Positions 31,686-40,501 of a stretch of 64,000 nucleotides of DNA are shown here, piece by piece. Position 1 is the stretch's first letter, and the number at the start of each line of letters is the position of its first letter. Made by a program: the position numbers and the translations under genes. The stretch spans positions 622 through 64,621 of the forward strand of contig JAIUMM010000004.1 in NCBI GenBank assembly GCA_022565615.1, read 5' to 3'. Below the pieces are notes generated by a model. The model worked only from the letters and a program-made list of their open reading frames with translations, was not told the origin of the DNA and searched no databases. The stretch comes from Nanobdellota archaeon (lineage in GTDB: Archaea > Nanobdellota > Nanobdellia > Woesearchaeales > UBA583).

Positions 31686-32789
31686 ATGTCAATTAATATT
31701 ACTGAAAAGATCAAACTCAATAAACTTATTAAGCAATTAAAAGGATATAGAGGAAGACACACTGAATTTGTATCAGTGTATGTTCCTTCTGGATATGATT
31801 TGACTAAAATTGCTCAAAGTTTAGCTGATGAGAAAGGAACAGCTACAAATATTAAAGATCAAAAAACTTCAAAAGCAGTTCAAACAGCTCTTGAGAGAAT
31901 GATACAAACATTAAGAGTTATCGATAAAACTCCTGAAAATGGACTTGCAATATTTAGTGGAAATATTTCTGATAGAGATAATATTGATAAATATGAAATT
32001 TTTTGGATAGAACCACCTGAACCTTTAAATTTAAAATTATATAGATGTGATCAGAAATTTATTCTTGATCCCCTTGAAGAAATTGCTGCAAATGAGACAA
32101 CATATGGTTTAATTGCAATTGATAAAAGTGAAGCAACTGTTGGGATATTAATTGGTTCAAGTATTAAAGTTGTAAGAAACTTAAATTCAACAGTTCCTGG
32201 TAAATTTAAAACAGGTGGTCAATCAGCTCAACGTTTTGCAAGAATTCGTGAAGGAGCAGCAGTTGAGTTTTATAAAAGAGTAGCAGATGTTGCTCATGGT
32301 GAATTTACCTATATGAAAGAACTTAAAGGAATTATTGTAGGAGGACCTGGAACTACAAAAAATAATTTTGTAGATGGAGATTATTTAAATGGACAAATGA
32401 AAAATTTAGTACTTGGAATTAAAGATATTACATACACAAATCCTCATGGTTTACATGAACTTGTTGAAATTTCACATGATTTACTAAGAGATACAGAAGT
32501 AATGGTTGAGAAACAAACAATTGGTGAATTTTTAGAAACTCTTGGAAAAACTCCAAATATGGCTGTATATGGAAAAAAAGAAACTAAACTTGCATTAGAA
32601 ATGGGGGCAGTTGGAAGACTAATTATTAGTGATGATGCTCTTGAAGATGAAGAACTTGAAGAATTTACTAAACTGCATGAAGAAACGAGTTGTGATTTTC
32701 AATTTGTAACATCTAAAACATCAGAAGGGCAGCAATTTAAAGCAATAGGTGGAGTAGGAGGAATATTAAGATATCCCATTTCTAGTTAA
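31686..32789 (+). CDS. prf1: Peptide chain release factor aRF1
   Basis: GRHTEFVSVY, TNIKD (NIKS position), YRCDQKF, GGQSAQRF, GGILRY. Confidence 0.97.
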   Translation: MSINITEKIKLNKLIKQLKGYRGRHTEFVSVYVPSGYDLTKIAQSLADEKGTATNIKDQKTSKAVQTALERMIQTLRVIDKTPENGLAIFSGNISDRDNIDKYEIFWIEPPEPLNLKLYRCDQKFILDPLEEIAANETTYGLIAIDKSEATVGILIGSSIKVVRNLNSTVPGKFKTGGQSAQRFARIREGAAVEFYKRVADVAHGEFTYMKELKGIIVGGPGTTKNNFVDGDYLNGQMKNLVLGIKDITYTNPHGLHELVEISHDLLRDTEVMVEKQTIGEFLETLGKTPNMAVYGKKETKLALEMGAVGRLIISDDALEDEELEEFTKLHEETSCDFQFVTSKTSEGQQFKAIGGVGGILRYPISS

Positions 32790-32863
32790 AATAAAATAAT
32801 TTTATTCTAAAAAATATAATTTTATGAAATATTTTCCATTAGATGTTGAAAAATAAAAATAAT

Positions 32864-33424
32864 TTACTCAACTACTACTGTAATTGATTGTGTATAATTT
32901 CTAGCAAAAGTCGGATCTTGCCAATTAAAAGTTAAAAAATAATTACCTGATGGAGTCCCTCCCCCAACTGAAACAATCATTCTAAACGAATTTGTCTGGG
33001 AAGCATCAAGTCTTAAAGGATTAAGTTCAACTCGAAAGTTTGCATTTGCAGCATTACTTCCTGTAATATTATAAAAAAACCTTCCAGGAGTAGTACCAAG
33101 TACCCCTCCTGCAAAAATTCCTTCTACAGCTTCAGAAGTTGGATTCTCCATTTTCATAAATATAGTCCTACTACCACCTCTTGATAATGTAAACTGACTA
33201 GGTTGTACCACAAAATTACCCTGTTCATTTTGAATTTCTCTTAGTCTTTGCTCTTCTGCATCTGATAATGTATCACCAATTCCTCCTACTGCTTCATTTA
33301 GAAAATTAGTTACAAATGCGATAATTAATCCCATTACTGTTAAACCAATTACAAGCATGATGATTAAATTTAGAGACATTTCAACTGCTCCTTTTTTCTT
33401 TAAATTAAAATTTTTCATAATCAT
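32864..33424 (-). CDS. Class III signal peptide (archaeal pilin-like) protein
   Basis: KKKG|AVEMSLNLIIMLVIGLTVMGLII followed by a beta-rich globular domain. Confidence 0.75.
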   Translation of the reverse strand: MIMKNFNLKKKGAVEMSLNLIIMLVIGLTVMGLIIAFVTNFLNEAVGGIGDTLSDAEEQRLREIQNEQGNFVVQPSQFTLSRGGSRTIFMKMENPTSEAVEGIFAGGVLGTTPGRFFYNITGSNAANANFRVELNPLRLDASQTNSFRMIVSVGGGTPSGNYFLTFNWQDPTFARNYTQSITVVVE

Positions 33425-33596
33425 AATTAAAATATTAAACTCTTTGATTAATAAATTTTTATAGTACGTAGAAGTAGTAGTATGCTCAAATTATATCTAA
33501 ATTACATCTTATTTTGTAGTTATTTTAAATTTAACTCTTATTTATTACTTACTAAGTAAAGATAAATATTAAATTAAATTTTAATTAAAAATTATT

Positions 33597-34151
33597 ATGA
33601 ATATTAATATCAACCATGAGTTAGATAGAATAAGAGGTTCCTTTTCTAAAGTTAAAGAAGATTTAATGCATATCTCTTCACAAGTACATGAAGCATATGA
33701 AGATATGATGAAAAAACATGAGCTTCTAAGAAGTGAGGTGAGTTTTTTATCCTCACAAGTCAAGGGATTTCAACATACAATCTTAAATCAAAAAAATTCA
33801 AATTCTGATTCTTCAATACATAAACCTCAAATTGATTTTTTAAAATCTACGATTAAAGATTTAAAAAGTGAAGTAAGTGAAGCTCAAAGAATTCACAATC
33901 AATTAACTACTGATATTAATCATTTAAAAAAACATAAAATTGAATCTAGAGAATTACAAGGAATGCATGAAAAAATTCATACTACTGAACTTGAAGTATT
34001 TTTACTTAAAGAAAGAATGCTTGAAAAAGATATTGAAATCAAACAACTCAGAGAAATGAGTAAAAAATTATTTGAAATTGTAGAAGATTTATCAAGTGTT
34101 GAGATGCATATTGTTGAAAATAAAGAACTTACTAGAAAAGTTCACACATAA
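33597..34151 (+). CDS. Coiled-coil hypothetical protein
   Basis: IRGSFSKVKED N-terminal motif; heptad periodicity. Confidence 0.6.
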   Translation: MNININHELDRIRGSFSKVKEDLMHISSQVHEAYEDMMKKHELLRSEVSFLSSQVKGFQHTILNQKNSNSDSSIHKPQIDFLKSTIKDLKSEVSEAQRIHNQLTTDINHLKKHKIESRELQGMHEKIHTTELEVFLLKERMLEKDIEIKQLREMSKKLFEIVEDLSSVEMHIVENKELTRKVHT

Positions 34152-34190
34152 ATAGAATTTTAAACTACAAATAACAAAATATCTTAAAAA

Positions 34191-34997
34191 ATGGAATTTA
34201 AAGAAAAAAAACGAATTACTTCAAATCAGAAAAAATATCATTCTCAAAATATTCATTATGCTAGAGAATTTGTAAAACAAATTATTACTGAGATGAGAGA
34301 TACAATTCGTTCATGTGTATTATTTGGTTCAAATGCACATAACACGCTTGATAAAAATTCTGATATTGATGTATTAATTGTTCTTGATAATGTGTCTGTA
34401 TATGTAACTCCTGAATTAAGAGAAGCATATGAGATTATTGTAAAAAAACTTGTCTCCCAAATAAATCCTAAATTACATATTATGAGTATTAATTTGTCTG
34501 ACATATGGGACATGGCTAGAAAAGGTGATCCTTTATTTATTAATATTTTAAGACATGGTGTTTGCTTATATGATAAAGATATTATTGAACCTATGCAATA
34601 TCTACTTGAAATTGGGAAAATTAGACCTACAACAGAGAGTATTTTAAACTTTAAAGCAAGAAGTGAGCAGTTAATGGTTGATTTTCATACTCACTTAGAG
34701 AATGCATATTTTGATTTATATTATGCTCTTGTTGATGGAGTTCATAGTGTATTAATGGCCCATGAAATTACACCTCCCTCTCCTAAAGAAATGGCCCAAA
34801 TTGTAGCACATACTATTACTTCTAAAAAAGGTAAAGAATTATCTCAAAGTTTAAAAAATGTCTATGAGAGAATGAAACAAATTGAACATAGATTAGGCGG
34901 TAGAATTGATTGTAAAGAATTAGAGAAAACTCAAAAACTCGTTGAAAAACAACTCAATTTTTGTTATGAATTAATTAATAACAAATTAAAAAATTAA
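34191..34997 (+). CDS. Minimal nucleotidyltransferase (MNT) fused to a HEPN-like domain
   Basis: VLFGS...SDIDVLIVLD Pol-beta NTase motif; C-terminal helical domain LYYALVDGVHSVLM...PPSP. Confidence 0.8.
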   Translation: MEFKEKKRITSNQKKYHSQNIHYAREFVKQIITEMRDTIRSCVLFGSNAHNTLDKNSDIDVLIVLDNVSVYVTPELREAYEIIVKKLVSQINPKLHIMSINLSDIWDMARKGDPLFINILRHGVCLYDKDIIEPMQYLLEIGKIRPTTESILNFKARSEQLMVDFHTHLENAYFDLYYALVDGVHSVLMAHEITPPSPKEMAQIVAHTITSKKGKELSQSLKNVYERMKQIEHRLGGRIDCKELEKTQKLVEKQLNFCYELINNKLKN

Positions 34998-35077
34998 AGA
35001 ATATTTAAGTAATAAATTTCTTGCACTTTGCAATGAATCTTAAACTATTTAAAACATAAGTTCTTCATATTATATAC

Positions 35078-35683
35078 ATGGTAACATTTCAAAAAGATAC
35101 ACTTGAATATGAATATTCAGTATTAGAACCTTATATTGATAAGGAAACAATGCAAATTCATTATGAAAAACATCATCAAGCATATTGTGATAAATTAAAC
35201 GCTGCTCTTGAGAGTATAGATAAAGACCCACAAACTTTAGAAGAAATTTTTGAAACTATCTCTGAGTATCCAACTGGTGTTAGAAATAATGCTGGAGGAG
35301 TTTGGAATCATAATTTTTTTTGGAAGAGTATGTGTGAGAATGGTTCAACTCTAAGTGATGAATTTAAAAGTAAACTTGAAGAGAGTTTTGGAAGTATTGA
35401 AAAGTTTGAAGAAGAATTTACTCAAAAAGCACTTAATCAATTTGGCTCAGGTTGGGCTTGGTTAATTAAACTTGAAGATGGAAGTTTACAAATTACTTCT
35501 ACTGCTAATCAAGATAATCCCTTAATGAGAGATGTTGTTGAAATAAGTGGAACTCCGTTACTAGGAGTTGATGTATGGGAACACGCATATTATTTAAAAT
35601 ATCAAAATAAAAGACCTGATTATGTAAAAGCATTTTTTAATGTAGTAAATTGGGAAGAAGTTGAGAGAAGATACAATAAATAG
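35078..35683 (+). CDS. sod: Fe/Mn superoxide dismutase
   Basis: HYEKHH, NNAGGVWNH, FGSGWAWL, NQDNP, DVWEHAYY. Confidence 0.97.
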   Translation: MVTFQKDTLEYEYSVLEPYIDKETMQIHYEKHHQAYCDKLNAALESIDKDPQTLEEIFETISEYPTGVRNNAGGVWNHNFFWKSMCENGSTLSDEFKSKLEESFGSIEKFEEEFTQKALNQFGSGWAWLIKLEDGSLQITSTANQDNPLMRDVVEISGTPLLGVDVWEHAYYLKYQNKRPDYVKAFFNVVNWEEVERRYNK

Positions 35684-35690
35684 TTTTGGT

Positions 35691-36317
35691 TTAAAAATTA
35701 AAACTAACTCCAAGTATTTTTAAAATAATTATAGAATTTGAAAAACGACAATCAGTAGAATTTTTTCCAAACATATTTTCATATTTTTTTTTTAAATCTT
35801 TATATTTCAAATCACTATTATCAAATAAAAATTTTAAATTTTCATAATTCGTTGATTTTACACCGTTTAAACCTTCTCCAGTTCTTATTTTAATTTTTCC
35901 AAAACTAATTTCTTCAATGAAACCATATTTTTTATTAGAATAATTCTCTAATTTTAAACCTACTTTTATTTTCCTATCTAACTGAATTAATACTTTATTC
36001 CAAGTTAAATCATTTTTTTTAAGAAGTTTATTCTCTTTATTTTGATTAAGATTAAATTTTTTAAATATAACTTTTCCTTCTAATAGTAAGGAAGTTATCA
36101 CCTTATAGTCTACATTTAACCATCCTTCTTTTGATTGTACATGTCCTTTCTCAGAACTATCATTACTCCACCAAATTAATTTGTGATGATTTCTAGCAGA
36201 GTTGGGTAATTTTTTTCCGATAATCTCTTCAATCTCTTCAAAACTTAATATGATTTCATTTTCATTACTAAGAGAAAGATATACTGATAATTTATTATAA
36301 TTTTTTTTTCTAATCAT
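35691..36317 (-). CDS. Hypothetical protein with an N-terminal LSFEEIEEIIG..LP.SA..WWSN domain (DUF7662-like)
   Basis: Recognised small domain YNKLSVYL...LSFEEIEEIIGKKLPNSA...WWSN...W; second domain unassigned. Confidence 0.6.
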   Translation of the reverse strand: MIRKKNYNKLSVYLSLSNENEIILSFEEIEEIIGKKLPNSARNHHKLIWWSNDSSEKGHVQSKEGWLNVDYKVITSLLLEGKVIFKKFNLNQNKENKLLKKNDLTWNKVLIQLDRKIKVGLKLENYSNKKYGFIEEISFGKIKIRTGEGLNGVKSTNYENLKFLFDNSDLKYKDLKKKYENMFGKNSTDCRFSNSIIILKILGVSFNF

Positions 36318-36413
36318 ATTATTCTATAAATAACTATAATTTTAAAAAGGTTCGCCTTTTTAACCTTTTATTTCAGTTTTATCTAAATTAGTAATAAAGT
36401 ATAAATTCCAAAT

Positions 36414-36650
36414 CTAAATACTTTTTTTAATAAATTCAAATCTTGAAATAGTTTGTCCTTTAAATTTAATTTTCTCAAAAAACATTTCCTTTGGCCTCAC
36501 CCATAGTGAATTATTTCCAAATTCTTGTGAATCATATAATGCTTTATATACAACTAATTCTTCAAGTGTTTCGCTATGTCTTGCAACTCCAAGTACTTCA
36601 TACTCTTTTCCTTTGTAATGTTTATAGATTCCAAGTTTAATTTGATTCAT
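36414..36650 (-). CDS. DUF1653 family protein
   Basis: GIYKHYKG.EY.V.GVARHSETLEELVVYKALY...LWVRP.EMF. Confidence 0.9.
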   Translation of the reverse strand: MNQIKLGIYKHYKGKEYEVLGVARHSETLEELVVYKALYDSQEFGNNSLWVRPKEMFFEKIKFKGQTISRFEFIKKSI

Positions 36651-36703
36651 ATCTATAAAAGAAGAATAAGTTTATATAATAGTTTTGATAATTTTTAATA
36701 TAA

Positions 36704-37069
36704 GTGAAATCTCTTTCAATTATTACTAAACTTAAAATTCTCTTTACAATAAAATTACTTGTTGGAACCATTATGATTATTTTTTTAGATATAATTTTAG
36801 GCATCTTAATTTTAATTGCAGGAGTTATTACTATAATTTACTTAATAAAAATAAAAACTGAAAAATTTTCTAAACAAAAACAATTAGTTGCTCAATTACA
36901 TATTATTATTGGAATACTAATGCTCATTGGAGCAGTAGTATTTTTTACATTATATCAATCCATAAATGATATTAGAGTCATTATTAAAACAATAATTGGA
37001 TTCATATTGCTCATAAAAGGAGGATATGAAATGTATAAATCAAATAGAAAAGTGAAAGAAAAGTTTTAG
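36704..37069 (+). CDS. Small membrane protein (3-4 TM)
   Basis: Hydrophobic helices; true start uncertain (possibly ATG at MIIFLD). Confidence 0.5.
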   Translation: MKSLSIITKLKILFTIKLLVGTIMIIFLDIILGILILIAGVITIIYLIKIKTEKFSKQKQLVAQLHIIIGILMLIGAVVFFTLYQSINDIRVIIKTIIGFILLIKGGYEMYKSNRKVKEKF

Positions 37070-37254
37070 TTATCATTAAATTATCATTATTAATCTAACA
37101 TTGATTAACAAAACTATCTTGATTATTTATACATATATAACTTCTATTTTATACTCATTATTTAAAATAAATATGATTGATAAACTAAATTTGATTTAAT
37201 TTCTCTTCTACTTAACACAAAATTATTTAAATTATTATGAGTTAAAATATATAG

Positions 37255-38643
37255 ATGTCAGATATTAAAATAGGTTTAGAGATTCATGTTCACTTAAAAA
37301 CTAAAGAAAAATTATTTTGTAGATGTGCAGTTCCTACTTCACAAACTCAAATGAATAGAACGATTTGCCCAATTTGTACAGGTCAACCTGGTTCAAAACC
37401 AATGCTTGTAAATAAAGCAGCTCTTCAAGCGGTAACTCAAATTGCTCTTTTGTTTAATAGTGAAATATCAAAAAAAATGTATTTTCAAAGAAAGCACTAT
37501 ACTTGGCCAGATATGCCAACTGGATATCAAAGAACAATTAGTGGTCCAAATGTTCAATGTAATGGTATGGGAGGAGAATTTTTAGGAATTGGAATTGAAG
37601 AAATTCACTTAGAAGAAGATCCTGCTGCATGGGATCCTCAAACTGGAGAAATTAATTATAACAGATCAGGTATGGCTTTGTGTGAAGTTGTGACTAAACC
37701 TGAATTTACAAGTCTTAAAAAATTAGAAGAATGGCTTAAAGAGTTTATTTTAGCTTTAAAATATTTAAAAATTTTACATGAATTTGGAATTAAAAGTGAT
37801 GTAAATGTATCAATTAAAGAGAGTGGATATAGTAGAGTTGAAATTAAAAATGTATCTTCTCCTACAAATATTGTAAAAGCAGCTCAGGTTGAAATTGAGC
37901 GTCAAAGAGAAACAGTAAAAAAAGGAGATAAAATTAAACAAGAAACTAGAAGATATAATGATGAACTTGAAACAACAGAATTTATGCGTTCAAAAGAAAA
38001 TGCACAAGATTATAGATTCACACCTGAACCTGATTTGCCAATTATTGAAATTGATAATGAATTTATTGAAGAATTGAAAAAAAATCTTCCTGAACTTGCA
38101 TACCAAAAACGAGAAAAATATGCAAAATATAAATTTGATGAAGAAACAATTGAAGTATTAGTCTCAAATGTGTATTTAACTGAAATTTTTGAATTTGCTC
38201 TTGAAAAAGAATTAAATCCTAAAGAAGTTGGATTATTTTTAAAAAGAGAAATTTTAAGAATTTTAAATTATCACACCCATGACTTTGAAGAATTAGAAAA
38301 AAGAAATATTAAAGAGGAGTTAATTACACTTATCACACTTCTTGCAAAAGAAACTATTTCCTATACAACTGCTCAAAAAATTCTTGAAATATTGTATGAT
38401 AAAAAAATTAATGTAGAAGAGTATATTGAAAAAAATAATCTAAAACAAGTTCAAGATACTTCAATTATTGTAGAGTTAGTTCAAAAAGCTCTTAAGAGTG
38501 CTCCAAAAGCAGTTGAAGATTACAAAGAAGGAAATACTAAATCCCTTAATTTTATTGTAGGACTTGTTATGAGAGAGACAAAAGGAACTGCTAATCCACA
38601 AATAGTGAATAAAATTTTACTTGAAGAAGTTCAAAAATTATAA
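37255..38643 (+). CDS. gatB: Asp-tRNA(Asn)/Glu-tRNA(Gln) amidotransferase subunit GatB
   Basis: IGLEIHVHL, CPICTGQPG, IHLEEDPA, RVEIKN, RSKE.AQDYRF.PEPDLP, C-terminal YqeY-like domain. Confidence 0.96.
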   Translation: MSDIKIGLEIHVHLKTKEKLFCRCAVPTSQTQMNRTICPICTGQPGSKPMLVNKAALQAVTQIALLFNSEISKKMYFQRKHYTWPDMPTGYQRTISGPNVQCNGMGGEFLGIGIEEIHLEEDPAAWDPQTGEINYNRSGMALCEVVTKPEFTSLKKLEEWLKEFILALKYLKILHEFGIKSDVNVSIKESGYSRVEIKNVSSPTNIVKAAQVEIERQRETVKKGDKIKQETRRYNDELETTEFMRSKENAQDYRFTPEPDLPIIEIDNEFIEELKKNLPELAYQKREKYAKYKFDEETIEVLVSNVYLTEIFEFALEKELNPKEVGLFLKREILRILNYHTHDFEELEKRNIKEELITLITLLAKETISYTTAQKILEILYDKKINVEEYIEKNNLKQVQDTSIIVELVQKALKSAPKAVEDYKEGNTKSLNFIVGLVMRETKGTANPQIVNKILLEEVQKL

Positions 38644-38667
38644 CTTATAATTTAATATGCTATAATT

Positions 38668-39093
38668 TTATCTAATAAAAATTTTAAAGTTGTAACAAAC
38701 CAAAGGATTAAATGGAGAAGGATAAGTTGAATCATTAGTTGCTATCGCTTCTTCTTTGTAGAGTTGAAAATAAGTTATTTCGCCTGTTCTTCTTAATAAA
38801 ACTCCAAACCCTTCATTAGAATTAATATTATAAATAGTGAAGCCTGAGTTATAATGTGAAAATAATGGGCTATTTTCTAAACCTTCTTCAATTCTCACTA
38901 AATCATTTGAAATTGCAAAATTTCTAGAATCTTTAAGAAGAGAAGTATAATTTGAATAACAGAGAGAAAAATTATTTCCTAATAACACCTCTAAAGAAAA
39001 TAAACTTCTATCTATATGAAGAGATGCATAAGTTGGAGCTGAAATTACTAAATTTGTAGCTATTAAAGCACCCATTATAGTTTTTTTTACCAT
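38668..39093 (-). CDS. Small secreted hypothetical protein
   Basis: N-terminal signal-like segment; two Cys; similar layout to the neighbouring 39138-39515 gene. Confidence 0.5.
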   Translation of the reverse strand: MVKKTIMGALIATNLVISAPTYASLHIDRSLFSLEVLLGNNFSLCYSNYTSLLKDSRNFAISNDLVRIEEGLENSPLFSHYNSGFTIYNINSNEGFGVLLRRTGEITYFQLYKEEAIATNDSTYPSPFNPLVCYNFKIFIR

Positions 39094-39137
39094 ATCTTTA
39101 TTATAAGTTTTATAATTTAATAAATATTTGCTAAAGA

Positions 39138-39515
39138 TTAATTATGAAATCTTCCTGAACTAAATACTTCTTCTAAAACTGGACAAATTTCTGGAACTAA
39201 TAATGTAGGACTCTCACTTGAAAAAGAATTGTCTCTTCCATAAACTATATACATTTGAGTTGAATGCTCAATGATCCCAATACCTAAATTATCTGGATTA
39301 TACGCTATAAAATAATTCTCATTATTAATTAACTCTGCATCTTCAACTTCATATTTAAATTGATTCAAAAGTGAATCATATGTATAACCACAATACGAAA
39401 TTTCAGTTTCTAATGAACCCAAATTAGTTGGCATTAATATTATTGGAAATATAGTAGATCTCAAAATTCCTTTTAAACTTCTTTCTTTAAGGCTTTTAAC
39501 ACATTTACTCTTCAT
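39138..39515 (-). CDS. Small hypothetical protein, possibly a paralog of 38668-39093
   Basis: CGYTYDSLL vs CYSNYTSLL; F.AYNPDNLGIGII vs FTIYNINSNEGFGVL; late P..C. Confidence 0.5.
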   Translation of the reverse strand: MKSKCVKSLKERSLKGILRSTIFPIILMPTNLGSLETEISYCGYTYDSLLNQFKYEVEDAELINNENYFIAYNPDNLGIGIIEHSTQMYIVYGRDNSFSSESPTLLVPEICPVLEEVFSSGRFHN

Positions 39516-39668
39516 AAAATTTTTAGGTTATTTATATTTATTAACCTTTTGGAAACAATTTTGTATATAAATTATTAAAATACATATTTAATTTATTAAT
39601 GTTTATTAATTGTTTTAACTAATTAATATTACATATTTTTATAAAATAAAGTTTTCACTAAAAAAAGT

Positions 39669-40490
39669 ATGGATACAAAAAATCAGAGTAAATTTAATTT
39701 GAATAAATTTAATTTAATTATAATATTGATGATTGCACAATTTACTTTTTCATTTTCAAGCACTCTTGAAGATTCCTTTTATATAACTAGTATCTCAAAA
39801 GATTCTGATTTTGTGCCTCAAAGAATTGGGCTCGTGGTTGAAAATAGTGACTTAATTCTAGAAAATGATAAATTAAAAATATCATTTATATTTGAAAACC
39901 AGAAAGTTTTAGAACATTGTAATCATAATCTTAATTTTTTAGAAGAATCTTCTTCTCATAGAATTGTTTACTGTCCAATTCCTACTCAAGATATTTCTGG
40001 AATATATGAAGTTCAAATTTTTTTAATTAGAAATGGAGAAGAAATTCTAATAGGTAATGATTCTTTTTATTATAATTCACCAAAACAAAATATTGTTCAT
40101 GATTTTAAAAATACTCCTCAAGGAACATTAGTTACAATTAAAATTACTGATGAAAATATAGAATTTCCATTTAGGTTATTTCACGAAATACCTAAAGAAG
40201 TAATTGATAGAATTACAAAAGACACAATAAATACTCTAATCTCATCTGAACAAGAATTTAAAATTGAAAGAGAAAATCCAATTATTTCTTGGGAAGTTAC
40301 TTCAAGAGAACAACAAATTGATTATGTTATATTAGATAAAGAAGTTAGTGATGATGTTAAAAATGATTTCAAATCATATCCTTATCAAGAAAACACTTTA
40401 AATTTTATTGTTGTATTTAGTATTTTAATTTTATTATTAATTATATTTGTACCATTAGTATTACGTTCGCAGAAGTCAAAAAATAATTAA
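39669..40490 (+). CDS. Secreted protein with C-terminal membrane anchor
   Basis: Signal peptide; HEIPKEV...NPIISWEV; C-terminal TM and basic tail. Confidence 0.6.
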   Translation: MDTKNQSKFNLNKFNLIIILMIAQFTFSFSSTLEDSFYITSISKDSDFVPQRIGLVVENSDLILENDKLKISFIFENQKVLEHCNHNLNFLEESSSHRIVYCPIPTQDISGIYEVQIFLIRNGEEILIGNDSFYYNSPKQNIVHDFKNTPQGTLVTIKITDENIEFPFRLFHEIPKEVIDRITKDTINTLISSEQEFKIERENPIISWEVTSREQQIDYVILDKEVSDDVKNDFKSYPYQENTLNFIVVFSILILLLIIFVPLVLRSQKSKNN

Positions 40491-40501
40491 TTTTTTGCAA
40501 A

